DNA of 20,000 nucleotides from Deltaproteobacteria bacterium (GTDB lineage Bacteria; JAGRBM01; JAHCIT01): NCBI GenBank assembly GCA_026129095.1, contig JAHCIT010000006.1, positions 44,235 to 64,234 of the forward strand, read 5' to 3'. Shown piece by piece: positions 19,101 to 20,000 of this stretch (position 1 is its first letter; each line of letters starts with the position of its first letter). The notes under the pieces were generated by a model. It saw only the letters and a program-made list of their open reading frames with translations, ran no database searches and was not told where the DNA came from. The position numbers and the translations under genes were made by a program.

Positions 19101-19999
19101 GAAAGGGAAACCACCGTCGTGCTGTCGCTCGTTACCCGGTTACCCTGCTGGTCCTCGATCTGGACGGAAACACCCTGCACATTGTCCGCTGTTGAATTCG
19201 CCGGGCCGCTGAAGAAACCGAGCCGGAACGCCACGCCGTGCGTGATGTTAAACGGAGCCGAGACATCGGGGGTCAGCACCGGAACCGAATCGGCCCGCAG
19301 CGTGTAGGCACTGCCCACCCGGTTCAGGTGAACATCCACGAATGCCACCACGCCAGCCGCTGCCGTCACGGGATTATCAGCCATGGTCAGCGTCGATCCG
19401 CCGGTATTGTCCTGGAAGGCGAGCGTCACCTGGGTCGTGCTGTCCGTGTCAACCACGTTGTCGTTGGCATCACGGATCTCGACCGTCACGTTCTGCACGT
19501 CGTCGGCCGTCACGCCGGCCGGACCGCTCACGAAGGCGAGCTTCGTGGCCGCACTGGCGGTAATGTCGAATGGATCGGAAACGCCGGGAATCAGCAGCCC
19601 GGAACCGGCTTCCAGCGTATAACCGGTCCCAGTCTTGTCCAGATTCACGCCGGTAAAGACCGCTACACCTCCCGTGGCATCAAGCGGGTTTTCATCGGCC
19701 GTGATGAGCGCGCCGCCGGGATTGTCAAAAATGAGCAGTTCGACGGTGGCGGTGGAATCCGGCCCGGTGCTGACCAGGTTGTCGAACTCGTCCTGAACCT
19801 CCACGGTAACGCCCTGCGTCCCGGTAGAGGTCTGGTTCGTGGGCTGCACGGTGAACACCAGCTTGTGCGCCGCCGCGTGAGTGATATCGAAAGGAGCTGA
19901 AATCACCGGCACGAAGGCCGGAACCGAGTCGGCTCGCAGCGTATAACCGGAAGCCGCCTTGAGCAGGGCGACGCCTGTGAAACTGGCGACGCCGCCGGA
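2..19999 (-). CDS. Giant multi-domain surface/adhesin-like repeat protein, internal fragment of at least 6,666 aa (no start or stop in window)
   Basis: I hand-translated most of 1-11500 and many segments of 11500-20000 in this frame and met no stop. The ORF track lists no minus-strand ORF in this frame, which it would if an internal stop existed. Nearly all long plus-strand ORFs (149, 1619, 2870, 4028, 6500, 8066, 11558, 12668, 14576, 19238) lie on the same triplet phase, as antisense shadows do. The translation is coherent throughout, from SGGVASFTGVALLKAASGYTLRADS at the right end to GAATGNSFPDPANTVI at the left end. Confidence 0.96.
1140..1506 (-). other. Domain: PPC-like (pre-peptidase C-terminal type) beta-sandwich
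   Basis: NEPFGDNIGAVVNL...YTGRFDARGDIDTFYLQGLRAGQVVKLNV...VKLVDS...DYTLTLY...DYELSLDV resembles the EPND...G....D.D.Y/F....G..V.....Y.L.V pattern of PPC-type domains. Confidence 0.6.
1616..2914 (-). repeat. Domain: RCC1-type 7-bladed beta-propeller (copy 4), within the TSP3-like stalk
   Basis: Seven CWG motifs at ~2815, 2637, 2457, 2277, 2097, 1911 and 1737 (~180-bp period), e.g. CWGGNLYGQLGYGDTTPRGD and CWGMNNQGQLGVGDWQHRGDNPGEMG. Confidence 0.93.
2996..4228 (-). repeat. Domain: FG-GAP/VCBS-like 7-bladed beta-propeller (copy 2)
   Basis: Seven Ca-binding-type loops: GDFNLDGRQDI, ADMNRDGFMDL, IDLNGDSNLDI, ADVNRDGLKDI, ADINADLVPDL, ADLDQNGALDI, ADFNGDGVPDL. Confidence 0.92.
4430..5600 (-). 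repeat. Domain: BNR/Asp-box beta-propeller (sialidase-like fold, probably 6-7 blades)
   Basis: Asp-box-like motifs SLNGGVVF, SQNGAQSF, SNNRGQSF, STDGGSGY, a degenerate GDECSSTF and SYDGGFTW alternate with P-x-V/I-A strands (TPAVAAS, QPDIAVA, SPRIAAL, GPSVAVG). Confidence 0.8.
5855..7012 (-). repeat. Domain: FG-GAP/VCBS-like 7-bladed beta-propeller (copy 1, more degenerate)
   Basis: Loops TDVDSDGRLDL, ADIDGDFVKDI, a degenerate LDVSGYPGL, ADLNDDGGYEDI, AGLDGNDRPDV, GDLSGDGRPDV and ADFNGDGAADL. Confidence 0.88.
7013..7450 (-). repeat. Six tandem Asp-rich TSP3-like (bacterial thrombospondin type 3-like) putative Ca-binding repeats
   Basis: TDPLNADTDGDGLSDSAE, GTDPTSSDSDGDTVPDGVE, GTNPWNPDTDGDGLSDHME, GTDPLNPDSDGDGLLDSVE, GTDPNNPDTDFDGLKDGAE, GTNPFEPDTDADGLYDGEE. 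Confidence 0.9.
7451..8569 (-). repeat. Domain: seven ~55-aa 'VNxxTxGxQxxPxVA..GxFVVxW..DG...GIYAR' repeats, predicted beta-propeller (copy 2)
   Basis: Blade starts are VNTMTAGFQ, VNSTSAGTQ, VNATTAGDQ, VHGTIANAQ, VNSVTGGTQ, VNNEEFDFQ and VNQITAGAQ. Example blade: EIVVNSTSAGTQSQPDVAVSGDGDFVVVWMSDGQDGDLGGIYARVF. Confidence 0.85.
8744..9883 (-). repeat. Domain: seven 'VNxxTxGxQxxP' repeats, predicted beta-propeller (copy 1)
   Basis: Blade starts are ATETVSGHQ, VNSTNTGDQ, VGPDGNSRYQ, VNSVTAGNQ, ANTTTADIQ, VNSYTLYDQ and MMQPSASGDM. Each is followed by a P-x-I/V-A-type strand, an F/Y-V-V-A-W-type strand and a G-I/V-Y/F-A-R-type strand. Confidence 0.85.
9884..10318 (-). repeat. Five tandem TSP3-like Asp-rich repeats (start of the acidic stalk), long variant with an ETNTGxW...DTGTDP insert
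   Basis: DTDSDGIPDAYETNTGIWVSSTDTGTDP, DSDGDGLSDFIE, DSDFDGLWDGYE, DTDGDGYFDGAE, DTDGDGLCDGHEMTGSCNGTE. Further TSP3-like units lie at ~8570-8743 (2), 5610-5854 (3), 4229-4425 (3), 2915-2995 (1) and 1520-1615 (1), giving ~21 in total with the 7013-7450 block. Confidence 0.9.
10325..10628 (-). other. Domain: Big_1 / invasin-intimin-type Ig-like domain closing the Ig stalk
   Basis: GPASNVTYVGGDAQTGDPGLTLDDPFVVRVTDAFGNGVAGELVTW...TDSDGLSSIYLTL matches the typical V.V.D..GN.V.G..V.F/W...TD..G pattern. Confidence 0.8.
10930..11490. repeat. Intragenic direct repeat of ~13183-13743 (offset 2,253 bp)
   Basis: Identical blocks: 11298-11367 = 13551-13620 (70 bp) and 10953-10993 = 13206-13246 (41 bp). 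Confidence 0.92.
11465..12730 (-). repeat. Domain: RCC1-type 7-bladed beta-propeller (copy 3)
   Basis: CWG motifs at ~12652, 12471, 12282, 12102, 11922, 11742 and 11561; the domain ends MGDNLPAVDLGG. Confidence 0.93.
13715..14960 (-). repeat. Domain: RCC1-type 7-bladed beta-propeller (copy 2)
   Basis: Seven blades with a 180-bp period (CWG at ~14895 down to ~13815), e.g. VQLAMGNFHACALLDNGTVKCWGRNIGGQLGLGDTQNRGDGPGEMGDSLPAVDLGTGRTA. Confidence 0.95.
14965..15420. repeat. Intragenic direct repeat of ~17836-18290 (offset 2,871 bp)
   Basis: Identical blocks at the same offset: 15095-15161 = 17966-18032 (67 bp), 15176-15204 = 18047-18075, and 15321-15366 = 18192-18237. Confidence 0.92.
16585..17832 (-). 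repeat. Domain: RCC1-type 7-bladed beta-propeller (copy 1)
   Basis: CWG motifs at ~17766, 17586, 17406, 17226, 17046, 16866 and 16686, with a 180-bp period. Confidence 0.95.
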
Positions 20000-20000
20000 C

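Larger units (their letters stand above)
10629..19999 (-). repeat. Ig-like stalk: 17 complete ~107-aa repeats plus one partial, three of them split by RCC1 propellers
   Basis: The boundary motif F[DN][IV]T[HP]G...L.F...P recurs about every 320 bp, at ~19890, 19568, 19250, 18930, 18615, 18290, 17975, 16390, 16060 (variant), 15738, 15420, 15105, 13516, 13192, 12873, 11262 and 10939. The core is V.V.D.YGN.V....T.VTL....NP....L........GVA.F..V.LDK..GYTL.A. Confidence 0.88.

Noticed and set aside
149-19900. Long plus-strand ORFs (e.g. 149-952, 1619-2743, 6500-7531, 8066-9166, 12668-14230) as real genes
   Set aside because: They lie on the same triplet phase as the giant minus-strand frame and have the V/A/R/H-rich composition of antisense shadows of GC-rich genes. 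Their apparent repeats simply mirror the RCC1 and other repeats.
1-20000. Taxonomic assignment or a specific gene name
   Set aside because: Only high GC and generic repeat families are visible, which is not enough to name an organism or an ortholog.

Overview
The whole window is one uninterrupted minus-strand reading frame (codons 19999..2, 6,666 codons, open at both ends). It is the interior of a giant, probably surface-exposed or secreted repeat protein from a GC-rich bacterium. The supplied ORF track misses it because no stop codon falls in the window, and the listed ORFs are antisense or off-frame shadows of it. Hand translation gives this order, N->C (right to left): an Ig-like stalk of 18 complete ~107-aa repeats plus one partial, carrying three 7-bladed RCC1-type propellers; an Asp-rich TSP3-like (DxDxDGxxDxxE...TDP) stalk of ~21 repeats, carrying two propellers of an unassigned 'VNxxTxGxQxxP' family, two FG-GAP/VCBS propellers, one BNR/Asp-box propeller and a fourth RCC1 propeller; then a PPC-like beta-sandwich and a right-handed beta-helix that runs off the window. 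The most striking feature is topological. Eight of the nine propellers appear to be inserted at a fixed point inside a stalk repeat, rather than strung between domains: three in the same loop of an Ig-like repeat and five between the conserved E and the TDP of a TSP3-like repeat. This suggests a branched, modular propeller-display scaffold, and there are DNA-level signs of module duplication and exchange. Domain names come from motif recognition by eye; no database search was run.
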